Shown here: one piece after another, positions 8,112 to 18,849 of the stretch | How positions within the stretch are numbered: the stretch's first letter is position 1 | Layout: each line of letters begins with the position of its first letter | Assembly (NCBI GenBank): GCA_965226375.1 | Contig: CBDDCX010000008.1 | Span: 2,206,798 to 2,270,797 of the forward strand | Source: Longimicrobiales bacterium | GTDB lineage: Bacteria > Gemmatimonadota > Gemmatimonadetes > Longimicrobiales > Gaopeijiaceae | DNA: 64,000 nucleotides | Reading direction: 5' to 3' | Program-made: the position numbers and the translations under genes | The notes under the pieces: model-generated | The model's database searches: none | The model's input: the letters and a program-made list of their open reading frames with translations, nothing else | What the model was told of the DNA's origin: nothing

Positions 8112-10826
8112 ATGACGAACGGGACGGGAGGTGGGTCTCCGCGCCAAGCCGGGGGAGCTGGGGCTCCCCCAAAGGCCCGCGGAGCTGAAGCTCCGCGGTT
8201 AGCACGCGGCGTGTTGCGCTGGTTGGTGCCGGATCAGGAGGTCGAGATCGCCGACGGCAAGCTCCTCGAGGGCTTCGCGCGACAGACGGAACGAAACGGC
8301 GAGGTGTCGGCCCGATGGTGGTACCGGCGCCAAGTGTGGGGATTCGCGGTGCGGGCTTTCAAGGTCCGTGGCTCGACGGAAACGGGGGAGACAATGGGTT
8401 GGATGGACGATGTGACGGGAGACGTTCGCTGGGCGTTACGGAGCCTGAAGAGGCGCCCGACCTTCACGGCCGTCGCGGTTGCGCCTCTGGCGCTGGGAAT
8501 CGGGGCGAACTCGGCGATCTTCACGCTGGTGAGCGCCCACTTCCTGGCTCCCCTGCCCTACGGCCACCCCGACGATCTGGTGCTCCTGTGGGAGACCCGC
8601 CGGAACGAGCTGGAGGTCACCACCGTGGCTCCCGGCAACTATTGGACCTGGCGGGAAGAGGCCTCGTCCTTTGTGGACATTGCAGCGTACAACGTGGACC
8701 GGGCCACTCTGTCCGGAGAGGGGGACGGGGTTGCGGAGGCGGTGACCGCAAGCGTCGTTTCGCCCCACTTCTTCGACGTGCTAGGGGTCGCCCCGGCGCT
8801 GGGTAGCGGCTTCACGGCCGAGGCGGCGCGGGCCGCCAATGAACAACTCGTGATTCTGGGCCACTCTCTCTGGACCCGCCGGTACGCCGCGGACCCGGGG
8901 ATCGTGGGACGCGACATACGGGTGGACGGCCGGCCCCACACGGTGGTCGGGATCATGTCGCCCTCGTTCCGTCAGCCCGAGCGGTCCTTGAGCTGGCAGA
9001 CCGCCGAACTTTGGCGGCCGATGCTTCTCGATGATCAGCACGACGATCACGGGTCACGCTACCTGCGGACCATCGCGCGCCGGCAGCCCGGAGTCACCGT
9101 CGAACAGGCACGCCAGGAAATGACGCTGATGGCCCGCCGGCTCGCCGAAGCGTTCCCGGAGACCAACAAGGGACGGACGGTTCTGGTCCGAACCTTGGAC
9201 GAATATCTCATGGGGACCTCCCAGGCGACGCTCATCATGCTGCTGTTCGCCGGCGCCGCGGTCCTACTCATCGTCTGCGCGAACGTGGCCAACCTGACCT
9301 TGGCGCGAGGCGAAGAGCGCAGACGGGAGTTCGCGGTGCGTGCAGCCCTTGGTTCCGGCAGCAGACGCCTTATCAGGCAAGTGGCCGTCGAGGGCATCGT
9401 TCTGGCTCTGGCGGGCGCGGTGATGGGTACCCTGTTCGTGTTCGGAGGCCGTGATCTTCTTCAGTCGATCCAGGCCGAGTACTTCTCGGGCCTTGTAGAC
9501 GTGGCCGTGGACTGGCGGATCATCGGGTTCACTGCGGCGGTCGCCGTCGCTTCGGGGGTCCTCTTCGCACTCCCCCTGGCCCGCCGGGCGTCGAAGCCGG
9601 AGCTCCGTGCCGCCCTCATCGAGGGTGGTGGGCGCACAGGCGGAAGGCGCGGCTCCCAGACGACGCGCACTCTGCTCATCGTCGGCCAGGTCGGGATCGC
9701 CACGACGCTCCTGGTGGTGGCGACGTTGCTGTCTCGCTCCTTCAACCAGCTGATCAATGTTCCCCCGGGATTCGATCCGAGCGGAGTCATCTCCTTCTCG
9801 GTGTTCCCGCCTCGGACCACCTATCCGGATATCGAAGACGCCCTTCTTTATCACCAAGAGATCATCGGCCCAATAGAAGGAATCCCCGGCGTGACGGAGG
9901 TCGGGATGGTGTCCGACATGCCCTTCACCACTGAAAACCGCCGGACCACCTTCCGTGTGGCGGGACTCGAGCACGATCCTGTGGACCCTCCTGGTTCTGA
10001 ATTCCACTTGGTCGTTCCCGAGTACTTCGATGTCATGGGAATTCCACTCCGGACCGGGACCATGCCCGAGATGCGCGAAGGCGACGGCGAGATCCCGGCG
10101 CTCATCAACGAACGGTTCGCCGAGATGTACTGGGCCGACGGGGAGCCGGTGGGAGCCACCTTCGACCTCGAGTGGCAGGACACAATAACACTCCGGGTCG
10201 CGGGCGTGGTGGGCAACATCTTGGATGACGGATTCGATGCCGCCCCCGATCCCGTGTTCTACATGCCGTACCGACGCCGGCCGAACCGCGGTATGGCGTT
10301 CGTGGTGGGCACGGCAGCGGACCCGGCTCCCCTGGTCACCAGGATCCGCGACGCCGTCGCCCGGGTCGATCCAGATATCCCCGCCGCGAACCTGATGCTC
10401 CTGGAGGACATGATGGCCGAGACGGTCACGCGCCCCAAGGCCGCTTCGCTCATCGGAATGACCTTCGCGTTCATCGCGCTGCTCGTTTCGGCCGCAGGGA
10501 TATACGGGGTACTCAGCTACGCCGTGCAGGCCCGGACCCGAGAGATCGGAATCAGGGCGGCGCTCGGAGCCGACGGACGGCAGCTCGTCTCGATGGTGAT
10601 GGGTCAGTCGACGCGGCTCGTCGCGCTGGGCCTTCTCGCTGGGCTCCTGGGAGCCCTGGCCGCCGAGTCCGCGCTGTCGAGCCTGCTGTTCGGTGTCCGG
10701 TCGTGGGCTCCGTCGAGTCTGGCGTTGGCGACGGTGGTTCTCGGTGCCGTGGGCACGGTCGCCGCATGGATCCCCGCCAGACGAGCCGTGAGGATCGATC
10801 CCAAGGAGGCGCTTCGGGCCGAGTAG
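8112..10826 (+). CDS. ADOP-type duplicated ABC permease
   Basis: LALGIGANSAIFTLV, REFAVRAALG, REIGIRAALGA, LRAE end; directly follows padR. Confidence 0.92.
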   Translation: MTNGTGGGSPRQAGGAGAPPKARGAEAPRLARGVLRWLVPDQEVEIADGKLLEGFARQTERNGEVSARWWYRRQVWGFAVRAFKVRGSTETGETMGWMDDVTGDVRWALRSLKRRPTFTAVAVAPLALGIGANSAIFTLVSAHFLAPLPYGHPDDLVLLWETRRNELEVTTVAPGNYWTWREEASSFVDIAAYNVDRATLSGEGDGVAEAVTASVVSPHFFDVLGVAPALGSGFTAEAARAANEQLVILGHSLWTRRYAADPGIVGRDIRVDGRPHTVVGIMSPSFRQPERSLSWQTAELWRPMLLDDQHDDHGSRYLRTIARRQPGVTVEQARQEMTLMARRLAEAFPETNKGRTVLVRTLDEYLMGTSQATLIMLLFAGAAVLLIVCANVANLTLARGEERRREFAVRAALGSGSRRLIRQVAVEGIVLALAGAVMGTLFVFGGRDLLQSIQAEYFSGLVDVAVDWRIIGFTAAVAVASGVLFALPLARRASKPELRAALIEGGGRTGGRRGSQTTRTLLIVGQVGIATTLLVVATLLSRSFNQLINVPPGFDPSGVISFSVFPPRTTYPDIEDALLYHQEIIGPIEGIPGVTEVGMVSDMPFTTENRRTTFRVAGLEHDPVDPPGSEFHLVVPEYFDVMGIPLRTGTMPEMREGDGEIPALINERFAEMYWADGEPVGATFDLEWQDTITLRVAGVVGNILDDGFDAAPDPVFYMPYRRRPNRGMAFVVGTAADPAPLVTRIRDAVARVDPDIPAANLMLLEDMMAETVTRPKAASLIGMTFAFIALLVSAAGIYGVLSYAVQARTREIGIRAALGADGRQLVSMVMGQSTRLVALGLLAGLLGALAAESALSSLLFGVRSWAPSSLALATVVLGAVGTVAAWIPARRAVRIDPKEALRAE

Positions 10827-10927
10827 CGGCCTCGGGGGCGCCGCCGGCCATCCACGACCCTATGTGGTTGTGTTCACATTCCATTATACCTACATTGTGC
10901 GTATCACAATGTGAGGAGGGGAATGGG

Positions 10928-11818
10928 ATGAGAGGGATCCAACAAGTCTGGCTCGCCGGTGCCTTGCTGGTGGGGCTGACACCCACCGTGCAGGGCCAAG
11001 ACACGCGCAACATGAACCCCGTATGGTCGCCCGACGGGAAGTTGATCGCTTTTGTGAGCAACCGTGACGGGGGCCCCGACATCTACCTGATGGACTCCTC
11101 CGGGGGATCGGTCGAGAACCTGACCGCGGACGAAGGCTTCGATCTAGGCCCGTCGTGGTCGCATGACGGTCGCCGGATCGCTTGCGTCTCGAATCGGGGC
11201 GGTGACAACGATCTCTATGTGCTGACGCTCGACGGCAGCGAGGTCACGCAGGTGACTCGCCGGGGAGACGTCCTGATGTCGCCGACGTCCTGGTCACCGG
11301 ACGACGAGTGGCTAGCCTTCTCCATCGGCACGCACCAGGATGCCAACGTCCACATGGTTCGCCTCGACGGATCCGAGACAATCGGACTGACGGAGGCACC
11401 CGGCCTCGACGCGGCACCCTCCTGGTCACCCGACGGATCGACCATCGCCTTCGTGTCGAACCGCTTTGGGCCTCTCGACATCTACACCGTGGATGTGGCG
11501 AGCCGCCGAGTCGAGAAGCTCACGGGCGGCTCCAGCGAGGAAGGCCAGCCGAGCTGGTCTCCCGACGGCCAGAGCCTCGCGTTCTTCAGCCGTCGAGACG
11601 GCAACTCGGAGATCTACGTTGTCCGAGCGGACGGAACCGGCGAACGGAACGTCACCGGCGACCCGGCGAGTGACTCCGGCCCGTATTGGGGATCGGACAG
11701 CACACGACTTCTCTTCGTTTCCGACCGTGGTAGCGGCAGCCAGGATGTCTACGTCCTTGACTTGGCCAGTTCCGAGGTGGTTCGTCTTACCGCCGGGTCT
11801 CAGGGCGTAGAGAACTAG
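10928..11818 (+). CDS. Secreted TolB-like PD40-repeat beta-propeller protein
   Basis: Signal peptide followed by repeated P.WSPDG..IAF.S.R units. Confidence 0.88.
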   Translation: MRGIQQVWLAGALLVGLTPTVQGQDTRNMNPVWSPDGKLIAFVSNRDGGPDIYLMDSSGGSVENLTADEGFDLGPSWSHDGRRIACVSNRGGDNDLYVLTLDGSEVTQVTRRGDVLMSPTSWSPDDEWLAFSIGTHQDANVHMVRLDGSETIGLTEAPGLDAAPSWSPDGSTIAFVSNRFGPLDIYTVDVASRRVEKLTGGSSEEGQPSWSPDGQSLAFFSRRDGNSEIYVVRADGTGERNVTGDPASDSGPYWGSDSTRLLFVSDRGSGSQDVYVLDLASSEVVRLTAGSQGVEN

Positions 11819-11889
11819 GCTGTCAGCAACCCGACCGGGGCCCCGTGCGGGACCTACGGCCAGCCACGATCCGACGAGGAACCACAGCT

Positions 11890-13437
11890 ATGACAGGCAA
11901 ACTCATGTATTCGTCTCACGTCTTGTGCTGGCTGGGGCTCGCTTTGGTGGCGACACCGTATTCGTCTCACGTCTTGTGCTGGCTGGGGCTCGCTTTGGTG
12001 GCGACACCGGCGCTCGTCCGCGGCCAGGCCGGGGAGCGCCCGCCGGTGTGGTCGTCCGCCGAGACCTTCGGGGCCACGGAGTTATCGGGCGACCTGGAGG
12101 TCGCTCGAAAGGCCCTGGTTGAGGCGCACGCCGGCTTCAACCGGTACTCGAGCGCCGCCGAGACCGAGGCGGCGTTTCAACGAGCGGAGCAGTCCCTCCG
12201 TGACGGCATGACCGAGTTGGAGTTCCTGGGACTGATACGGGACGCCGTGGCAGTCTCGAGGGATGGTCACACGAGGGTCTCTCCCTCACGGGAGCTCGCC
12301 TCGCTTGTGAGCGAGTCTTCGTACGTGCTTCCGTTGGATCTGGAGATGCGCGAAGACGGCGCGTACGTGAAGAAGTCGTACGCCGGCGCAGGTGGTCCAC
12401 CTCCTGGAGCTCGGGTGCTGAGCATCAACGATGACGGCATGCAGGACATCCTGACCCGATTGCTTGCCGCCCACCCCGGGGACGGGTCCATCCAGACCGG
12501 GAAGCTGCATCGACTCGGTCGACCGCTCACGTTCTCGGACTACTATATGTCCCAGTTGGAGCCGACCGAACGATACGACGTCCGATTTCAGGCCCTGGAC
12601 GGCGGCCCCGAACAGCGAGTCGCCTTGGAGGGGATGACCCCGGCCGAGTTTCGCATGCGATCCGGGGCGGGACGTCATGGAGCGCCGCAGGCGACTCCCC
12701 CGATCGAGTTCACTTCACGGGATGGTATCGGGGTACTCACGGTGCGCAGCTTCGGCGCACCGATCTACGAGACCGCAGGCCTCGACTTTCCGGAATTCCT
12801 TCAGCGGACCTTCGAACAGCTCCGCAACACTGATGCAAAAGGGCTCGTCATCGACGTGCGTGGCAACGGAGGGGGTACGGACCGATACGGCCTCCTGCTC
12901 GCCAGCTACCTGCTCAGCGAGCGCTTTCAGTACTACGAGCGGCTCGAGGTGAAGACGGCGTCCTTCCCCTTCCTGACGTCCCTCGGCACGGGCGTTCCGG
13001 ACATCCCGATGGACCAAGTCCGTTCGAACGACCGGGGAAATTATGACTATCTCGATCACTCGAACCTCGGATCGCACGAACCGCAGGGCATGAGGTTCGG
13101 CGGCCCGGTCGTCGTCCTTCAAGATGGCGGGAGCTTTTCGGCGACGAGTGAGTTTCTCTCGGTCGTGCGCCACGCGGATCGGGCCGTCTTCGTCGGAGAA
13201 GAGAGCGGGGGAGGCTACTACGGCAATACGTCCGGCCTCGGCGCTACCGTCACCCTTCCGGCGACCGGCGTGCGGGTCCAGATCCCGATCGTGGGCTACT
13301 GGATGGCCGTGCCCGGCCAAGAACCTCGGGACCGTGGGCTCATCCCGGACCACCGGGTCGATTCCTCGATCGAGGAGCTACTCATGGGTACGGATCGGCC
13401 CCTGGAGTTCGCCCGCAACCTGCTGTCACAGGGTTGA
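11890..13437 (+). CDS. S41 family peptidase
   Basis: DGHT, LVIDVRGNGGG, SFSATSEF, VGEESGG, RGLIPD. Confidence 0.88.
   Translation: MTGKLMYSSHVLCWLGLALVATPYSSHVLCWLGLALVATPALVRGQAGERPPVWSSAETFGATELSGDLEVARKALVEAHAGFNRYSSAAETEAAFQRAEQSLRDGMTELEFLGLIRDAVAVSRDGHTRVSPSRELASLVSESSYVLPLDLEMREDGAYVKKSYAGAGGPPPGARVLSINDDGMQDILTRLLAAHPGDGSIQTGKLHRLGRPLTFSDYYMSQLEPTERYDVRFQALDGGPEQRVALEGMTPAEFRMRSGAGRHGAPQATPPIEFTSRDGIGVLTVRSFGAPIYETAGLDFPEFLQRTFEQLRNTDAKGLVIDVRGNGGGTDRYGLLLASYLLSERFQYYERLEVKTASFPFLTSLGTGVPDIPMDQVRSNDRGNYDYLDHSNLGSHEPQGMRFGGPVVVLQDGGSFSATSEFLSVVRHADRAVFVGEESGGGYYGNTSGLGATVTLPATGVRVQIPIVGYWMAVPGQEPRDRGLIPDHRVDSSIEELLMGTDRPLEFARNLLSQG
11907..12008 (+). repeat. Perfect 51-bp tandem duplication in the signal peptide
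   Basis: YSSHVLCWLGLALVATP encoded twice by identical DNA. Confidence 0.9.
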
Positions 13438-13492
13438 GGCGCGGATCCATTACGGGCACGGGAAGCTCGCTGCGATACGCGTGATCGCCGGC

Positions 13493-14185
13493 CTACTCCA
13501 GTATCGTCGCAAGCTCGTCGAGCGGCTTCTTGATCTTGGCGATGGCCGGGACCGTGGCGTTCTCCCCAGGGTGGCCGACCGCGAGGATCATCACCGGTTT
13601 CTCGGAATCGGGGCGGTCGCAGAGCTCGTTTAGAAAGCTCATAGGGCTGGGCGTATGGGTCAGCGTGACCAGACCAGCGTGGTGCAGCGCGGCGATCAGG
13701 AAGCCGGTGGCGATGCCTACGCTTTCCGAGACGTAGTAGTTCTTGTACTGCTGACCGTCCTCGAAGCGTCCGTATCGCTGCGCGAAGATCACGATGATCC
13801 AGGACGCGAGATCGAGATGCGGCTTGCTGTCGTCGGTGCCCACAGGCTCGAGCGCCTTCAGCCACTCGTCGCCCGCCCCCCCGGAGTAGAACTTCTTCTC
13901 CTCCTCCTCGGCCGCCAGCCGAATCCGGTGCTTGTGCTCGGCATTGGAGATGGCCACGAAATGCCAGGGCTGATGGTTGGCCCCACTCGGAGCGGTTCCA
14001 GCCGCAAGCATGCAACTCTCGACCACCTCGCGTGCCACAGGCCGTGTTGAATAGTCTCGAACCGAATGTCTCCGCTTCATGAAGCCGTAGAAGTTCTGAG
14101 CGGCGTCGAGCATCTGCTCGTCGGACATATCGTGCCGATCCGGGAGCGGAAGGGGTTCGAAGGAAAGCCTCTCCTGCGTGAACAT
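13493..14185 (-). CDS. Nitroreductase family, iodotyrosine deiodinase-like
   Basis: RRHSVRDYS, AGTAPSGANHQPWHF, RLAAEEEEKKFY, EWLKALEPVGTD..KPHL. Confidence 0.85.
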   Translation of the reverse strand: MFTQERLSFEPLPLPDRHDMSDEQMLDAAQNFYGFMKRRHSVRDYSTRPVAREVVESCMLAAGTAPSGANHQPWHFVAISNAEHKHRIRLAAEEEEKKFYSGGAGDEWLKALEPVGTDDSKPHLDLASWIIVIFAQRYGRFEDGQQYKNYYVSESVGIATGFLIAALHHAGLVTLTHTPSPMSFLNELCDRPDSEKPVMILAVGHPGENATVPAIAKIKKPLDELATILE

Positions 14186-14289
14186 CGACGTACTCCTCAA
14201 GCGATCTGTGAACGTGCGGTCGGGTGCTTCTATACACCCACCCAGCGATGCCACGCAACCTGTCCATCGAGACCAGGTGAACGATGCGC

Positions 14290-16332
14290 CTACCCCGGCA
14301 GCTTGAGCGCCACCAGACGACCGGGCCTGCCGACCTGCACCACGATGTGCTGCCTCCCCTCGTGAATGTAGGTCATCATGCCGTACTGACCCGGCGCCGG
14401 AAGCTCGACCTCCCCTACCGCCTCACCGGTACGCTTGTCGTAGGCGTTGAGCACCGGCGGTCCATTGGATCCCTCGGTCGCGTACAAGAGGTCACCCGCG
14501 ACCATCTGGATCGAGTTGCCGCCGCCACCGGTCCTGGAGAGATCCACACCCTGTAGAGCCGGATGGTTCTTGACCGCGTCCGGAGTGTCACCGATGGGAA
14601 TCCACCAGAGGCGCTCTCCGGTGTTCATGTCGTACGCGGAGAGACGGTTGTAGGGCGGCTTCCAGAGAGGGAGCCCCTGGACCGGAGGCATCCCACCTCC
14701 GGGGCCTGCGACCCATTCTGAGATCGTCGTGCCGGTGGTCCTGGGGTTGTCCGGCTCATCCGCTTGATGCCCCGGAATCACCATGCCGCCGCCGCAGCGG
14801 CGGGACGACGGTACGTACATGATCCCCGTCGTCGGATCCATGGTCGCGGGATTGGTGATGTTCAGGCCGCCGTAGCAGCGGATGTTGTCCTCGAAGCCGG
14901 TGTTGTGATCGACCTGGAGCCGAGGCAGGAACGGGCCACCGACCCGGTATTCACTGATGATCTCCCGCGCCTCTGCCCTGAGCTCCGGCGTGAAATCAAT
15001 CAGATCCTCCTCCGGAAGCCCGAGGGGCTCGGACGGTTCCGGCCAGGTGGGGATGGGCTGGGTCGGAGAGGTCCAGTTCCCGGGAACCTCCGTCTGCAGA
15101 ACGGGCTTCTCTTCGATCGGCCAGATGGGATCGCCCGTCTCCCGATTGAAGGCATAGATGATCCCCGTCTTGGTCGTCTGGACCACCGCTGGAACGGACC
15201 GTCCGTCCACCTGTAGATCCGCGATCATGGGAACGTTCGGAAGATCATAGTTCCACTGGTCGCTGTGGACCGTCTGGAAATGCCAGACCCGCTCGCCGGT
15301 CTGGACGTCCAGTGCGATCACGCTGGTTCCGAACAGATTGTCTCCCGGACTGAAGCCAGCGAAGTAGTCGATGGTCGGAGGATTGGTCGGAATGTAGACG
15401 ATGCCGCGCTCACGGTCGGCGGACATTGGGGCCCAAGACGAGACATCGCCCGTCCGCTGCCATGCGTCGTTGAGCCAGGTCTCGTGGCCGACTTCACCCG
15501 GACGCGGAATGACGTGGAACTTCCACTTGAAGTCGCCGCTCTTGGCGTCGAAGGCCAGGATGTCGCCCGGCACGTTCTCGATGCGCGTCTGGTTGTAGCC
15601 CTGCTCCGCGGAATTCCCCACGATCACGACGTCGTCCACCACGATCGGGGGCGACGAGGTGGTGATGAACCCCAACTCTCGTGGGATCCCGTAATCCGGA
15701 TCGTAGGCCTGGTCCCAGTCCTGCCACGGGCCCCAGTCTTCCAAGAGGTCGGGGAGCATGTCCACGATTCCGGTTTGGGCGAAGCCCGACAGCGGTACAG
15801 GGGTCCCGAAGCCCTCGATCGGACGGCCGGTCTTGGCGTCCAGCGCATGCAGGAAGAAGCCGGGTGACGTGTAGTAGATCACGCCGCGTCCGTCGACTTC
15901 GGCGTAGGCGACACCCTTGCCGTAATTCTGCCGCATCGAGCGCTCCCACCGGGTGGTGTGAGGCTCGCGGTAGGTCCAGAGCGTCTCGCCCGTCGCGGGG
16001 TCGATCGCGGCTACCGCACGGCGCTGCCCGGCCACCGTGTAGAGAACGCCGTCCACGTAGGTCGGCGTGGACTTCATCTGATAGTCCACTTCGGGACCGA
16101 AGTTGTCGGTTCTCCAGATCCACGCCACCTCGAGGTCCGCAACGTTGGAGCCGTTGATCTGGTTGGCCGCGGAGTACCGAGTACCCCAGGCGTCCCCACT
16201 CTGGTAGCGCCACTCCCCGTCCGGGTTGTCACGATCCTGTGCTGATCCGACCACAGGGGCAGCCAGGAGCCAAGCGAGGATGAGGGCTGAGATTAACGAG
16301 AGCCGGGAGATCGTACGGGATGACGAAGACAT
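14290..16332 (-). CDS. PQQ-dependent (glucose/quinate-type) dehydrogenase
   Basis: GTRYSAANQIN..NVADLEVAW, WHFQTVHSDQWNYD, KPPY..LSAYDMNTGE. Confidence 0.88.
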   Translation of the reverse strand: MSSSSRTISRLSLISALILAWLLAAPVVGSAQDRDNPDGEWRYQSGDAWGTRYSAANQINGSNVADLEVAWIWRTDNFGPEVDYQMKSTPTYVDGVLYTVAGQRRAVAAIDPATGETLWTYREPHTTRWERSMRQNYGKGVAYAEVDGRGVIYYTSPGFFLHALDAKTGRPIEGFGTPVPLSGFAQTGIVDMLPDLLEDWGPWQDWDQAYDPDYGIPRELGFITTSSPPIVVDDVVIVGNSAEQGYNQTRIENVPGDILAFDAKSGDFKWKFHVIPRPGEVGHETWLNDAWQRTGDVSSWAPMSADRERGIVYIPTNPPTIDYFAGFSPGDNLFGTSVIALDVQTGERVWHFQTVHSDQWNYDLPNVPMIADLQVDGRSVPAVVQTTKTGIIYAFNRETGDPIWPIEEKPVLQTEVPGNWTSPTQPIPTWPEPSEPLGLPEEDLIDFTPELRAEAREIISEYRVGGPFLPRLQVDHNTGFEDNIRCYGGLNITNPATMDPTTGIMYVPSSRRCGGGMVIPGHQADEPDNPRTTGTTISEWVAGPGGGMPPVQGLPLWKPPYNRLSAYDMNTGERLWWIPIGDTPDAVKNHPALQGVDLSRTGGGGNSIQMVAGDLLYATEGSNGPPVLNAYDKRTGEAVGEVELPAPGQYGMMTYIHEGRQHIVVQVGRPGRLVALKLPG

Positions 16333-16612
16333 GGTTCTCCTCACCGGAAAAGCCGGTACCACAAAGCGGCCCTCAGAAGCACCCTAGACGTCGTTGGCTG
16401 CCCCCAGGCGGGCCGTCAAATCCGAGCAGGCATGGGTAGTACACACTCTGGAACTCAGCCAGTGAGACGAGGGTCCGGTCACGGACTCCCCTCGCTCCGA
16501 CCGCCCCTGCCCCATGCCTCCCCCCGGCGTAAGTTGCCCGAAGACTCGGCGCCTGCAGGATCAGGGAACGGGGACGAGCGTCCGAACTCATGCGCAACGG
16601 CGGAGGACCGGA

Positions 16613-17749
16613 ATGAGGCAGTTACATCGCTCGCACAGGCGAGTCCATCGAACAGCGGGAGCCGCATCGATCCTGGCCCTGGGGTGTGCGTCGACCCTGG
16701 CCTTGGGCGCGGAGCTGCACGCCCAGTCCGCCACCACCAACCCGTACCGCGTCACCTTCGGCTGGGAGAAACTCCCCCAAGGAAGAACACTGGGAATCGT
16801 GAGCGGAGTCATCCCCGACCCGGACGGACGGCACCTCTGGATCCTGGACCGGTGTGGCGCGAATCAATGTGCCGGAAGCGACCTGGACCCGATCCTGAAA
16901 TTCGACCTCGACGGCGACCTGGTGGATAGTTTCGGGGCGGGTCTCTTTGCCTTCCCGCACGGTTTCGCACTCGATCATGAGGGATTCCTTTGGGTCACCG
17001 ACGGCGGATCCCATGGAGACGCTCGCGCGACGTTGGGTGAGAGCATGGGCATGGGTCACCAGGTCCTCAAACTCACGCGGGAGGGCGAAGTGGTGATGCG
17101 GCTGGGCGAAGCCGCAGTGTGGGGGGACGACGAGACGCACTTCAATGGGCCCTCCGGCGTCGCGGTCGCACCGAACGGCGACATTTGGGTCGCAGACGGG
17201 CACCGGGGCGGGAACAACCGCATCGTCCGGCTCACCCGTGAGGGGGTGTTCGTCCGCGCGGTCGGTGGAGGTGTCGGTTCGGAGAGCCGAGAGCCCTCTC
17301 GATTCAGCGACCCGCACGATCTCAAAATCGACTCCCGGGGGCGGGTGCTCGTCGCGGACCGCGGCAACAGCCGAATCCAGGTCTTCGACCCAGAGGGTGA
17401 CCTTCTCTACATCTGGACCCACTACGGCAAGCCGAGCGGGCTGTTCATCGACCGCAACGACATCCTCTACGCGAGCGATGGCCTGTCCGGGGACCTTCGC
17501 ACCGGCCCCCCCGACCCGTGGCGGAGCAATTTCGGCTGGGAGAAAGGCATCCGCATCGGAGATCTGAAGACCGAGCAGGCCTGGGTGGTGCACTTCATTC
17601 CACAACACGACGAGAACATCGGACCGGAAATCGAGTTCCTGGGGGTGGATCTCGAAGGCAACATCTACGCGGGGACGATCAACCGGATGCGCCTGGTGAG
17701 GTACGTGCCGTTCCGGCCACCCACGGTCGGGGGACGACAGATCCGGTAG
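16613..17749 (+). CDS. NHL-repeat protein (peptidyl-alpha-hydroxyglycine amidating lyase-like)
   Basis: FPHGFALD, FNGPSGVAVAPNGDIWVADGH, VADRGNSRIQVFD. Confidence 0.85.
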   Translation: MRQLHRSHRRVHRTAGAASILALGCASTLALGAELHAQSATTNPYRVTFGWEKLPQGRTLGIVSGVIPDPDGRHLWILDRCGANQCAGSDLDPILKFDLDGDLVDSFGAGLFAFPHGFALDHEGFLWVTDGGSHGDARATLGESMGMGHQVLKLTREGEVVMRLGEAAVWGDDETHFNGPSGVAVAPNGDIWVADGHRGGNNRIVRLTREGVFVRAVGGGVGSESREPSRFSDPHDLKIDSRGRVLVADRGNSRIQVFDPEGDLLYIWTHYGKPSGLFIDRNDILYASDGLSGDLRTGPPDPWRSNFGWEKGIRIGDLKTEQAWVVHFIPQHDENIGPEIEFLGVDLEGNIYAGTINRMRLVRYVPFRPPTVGGRQIR

Positions 17750-17782
17750 GGCCCGGGTATGCTTCATCTTCATTTACTCGTG

Positions 17783-18849
17783 ATGGGGTATTGCCTTAAG
17801 TCCACCGCCCACTACATGTTGTGGTCATGGCGGTTCCGGCTTCTCAGCTCCGTGGCGGCGTGGACTATCCCCGTACGCGGCTGGAGTTGGACGAGTTCTT
17901 CCCCGACGATGCGGCATGCCTGGAGTACGTGGAGGGTCTGCGCTGGCCGGAAGGGTTTGTGTGCGTGGGCTGTGGCGGGTTGGGAGAGGTCTGGCGAGCA
18001 TCGCGGGGGCGTCTCGTCTGCCCACACTGTCGAAGGCAGACCTCGGTGCTGGCGGGAACCGTGTTCCACCGCACGCGCTCGCCCCTGCGTCTGTGGTTTC
18101 TCGCTGCCTGGGAGCTCACGAGCCAGAAATACGGAGCCAATGCTCTCGGGCTCCAGCGCGTGCTCGGACTGGGAAGCTACAAGACAGCGTGGGTCTGGCT
18201 CCACAAGCTCCGCCGGGCCATGGTCCGACCGGATCGCGACCAGCTGAGCGGCGTTGTGCAAGTGGACGAGAGCTATGTCGGGGGCGTGGAGGCTGGAGTG
18301 CGGGGCCGCGAGACGATCAAGAAGGCCATCGTCGCGATCGCCGCCGAGGTCGACGGACGCAAGATCGGGAGAATACGGCTGCGTTGGGTGCCCGACCTCT
18401 CCGCTCCGGTTCTGCGAGGCTTCGTCAAGGATAGCATCGCACCGGCAAGCACGGTGCATACCGACGGATGGCCAAGCTATCAGGGACTCGCCAAACTGGG
18501 CTTTCGCCACACGGTCACGAACCTCTCGACCTCCGGCGATCCCGCTCACGTGCTCATGTCGGCCGTACATCGGGTGGCGTCTCTCCTCAAGCGCTGGGTC
18601 CTCGGAACCCTCCAAGGAGGGATCGCCCGCGAACACCTCCCCTACTATCTGGACGAGTTCACCTTTCGCTTCAACCGACGCACATCCCGGGCTCGCGGCC
18701 TGTTGTTCTACCGCTTGCTTGAGCAGGCTGTTCAGTGTGCTCCCACGCCAGCTTCGGCCCTTTACCTCGGCACCGGACGTGGGAAACGGCCCGCAGAGCC
18801 CCGGTAACCACTATATCTTGGGGTCGGTGGACTTAAGGGAATACCCCCT
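17783..18849 (+). mobile_element. IS1595-family element A, copy 1 (1067 bp)
   Basis: Terminal IRs ATGGGGTATTGCCTTAAGTCCACCG / CGGTGGACTTAAGGGAATACCCCCT; 8-bp TSD TACTCGTG. Confidence 0.95.
17821..18807 (+). CDS. IS1595 family DDE transposase
   Basis: Zn ribbon CxxC..CxxC, VQVDESYVGG, HTDGW, YLDEFTFRFNRR. Confidence 0.95.
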   Translation: MVMAVPASQLRGGVDYPRTRLELDEFFPDDAACLEYVEGLRWPEGFVCVGCGGLGEVWRASRGRLVCPHCRRQTSVLAGTVFHRTRSPLRLWFLAAWELTSQKYGANALGLQRVLGLGSYKTAWVWLHKLRRAMVRPDRDQLSGVVQVDESYVGGVEAGVRGRETIKKAIVAIAAEVDGRKIGRIRLRWVPDLSAPVLRGFVKDSIAPASTVHTDGWPSYQGLAKLGFRHTVTNLSTSGDPAHVLMSAVHRVASLLKRWVLGTLQGGIAREHLPYYLDEFTFRFNRRTSRARGLLFYRLLEQAVQCAPTPASALYLGTGRGKRPAEPR

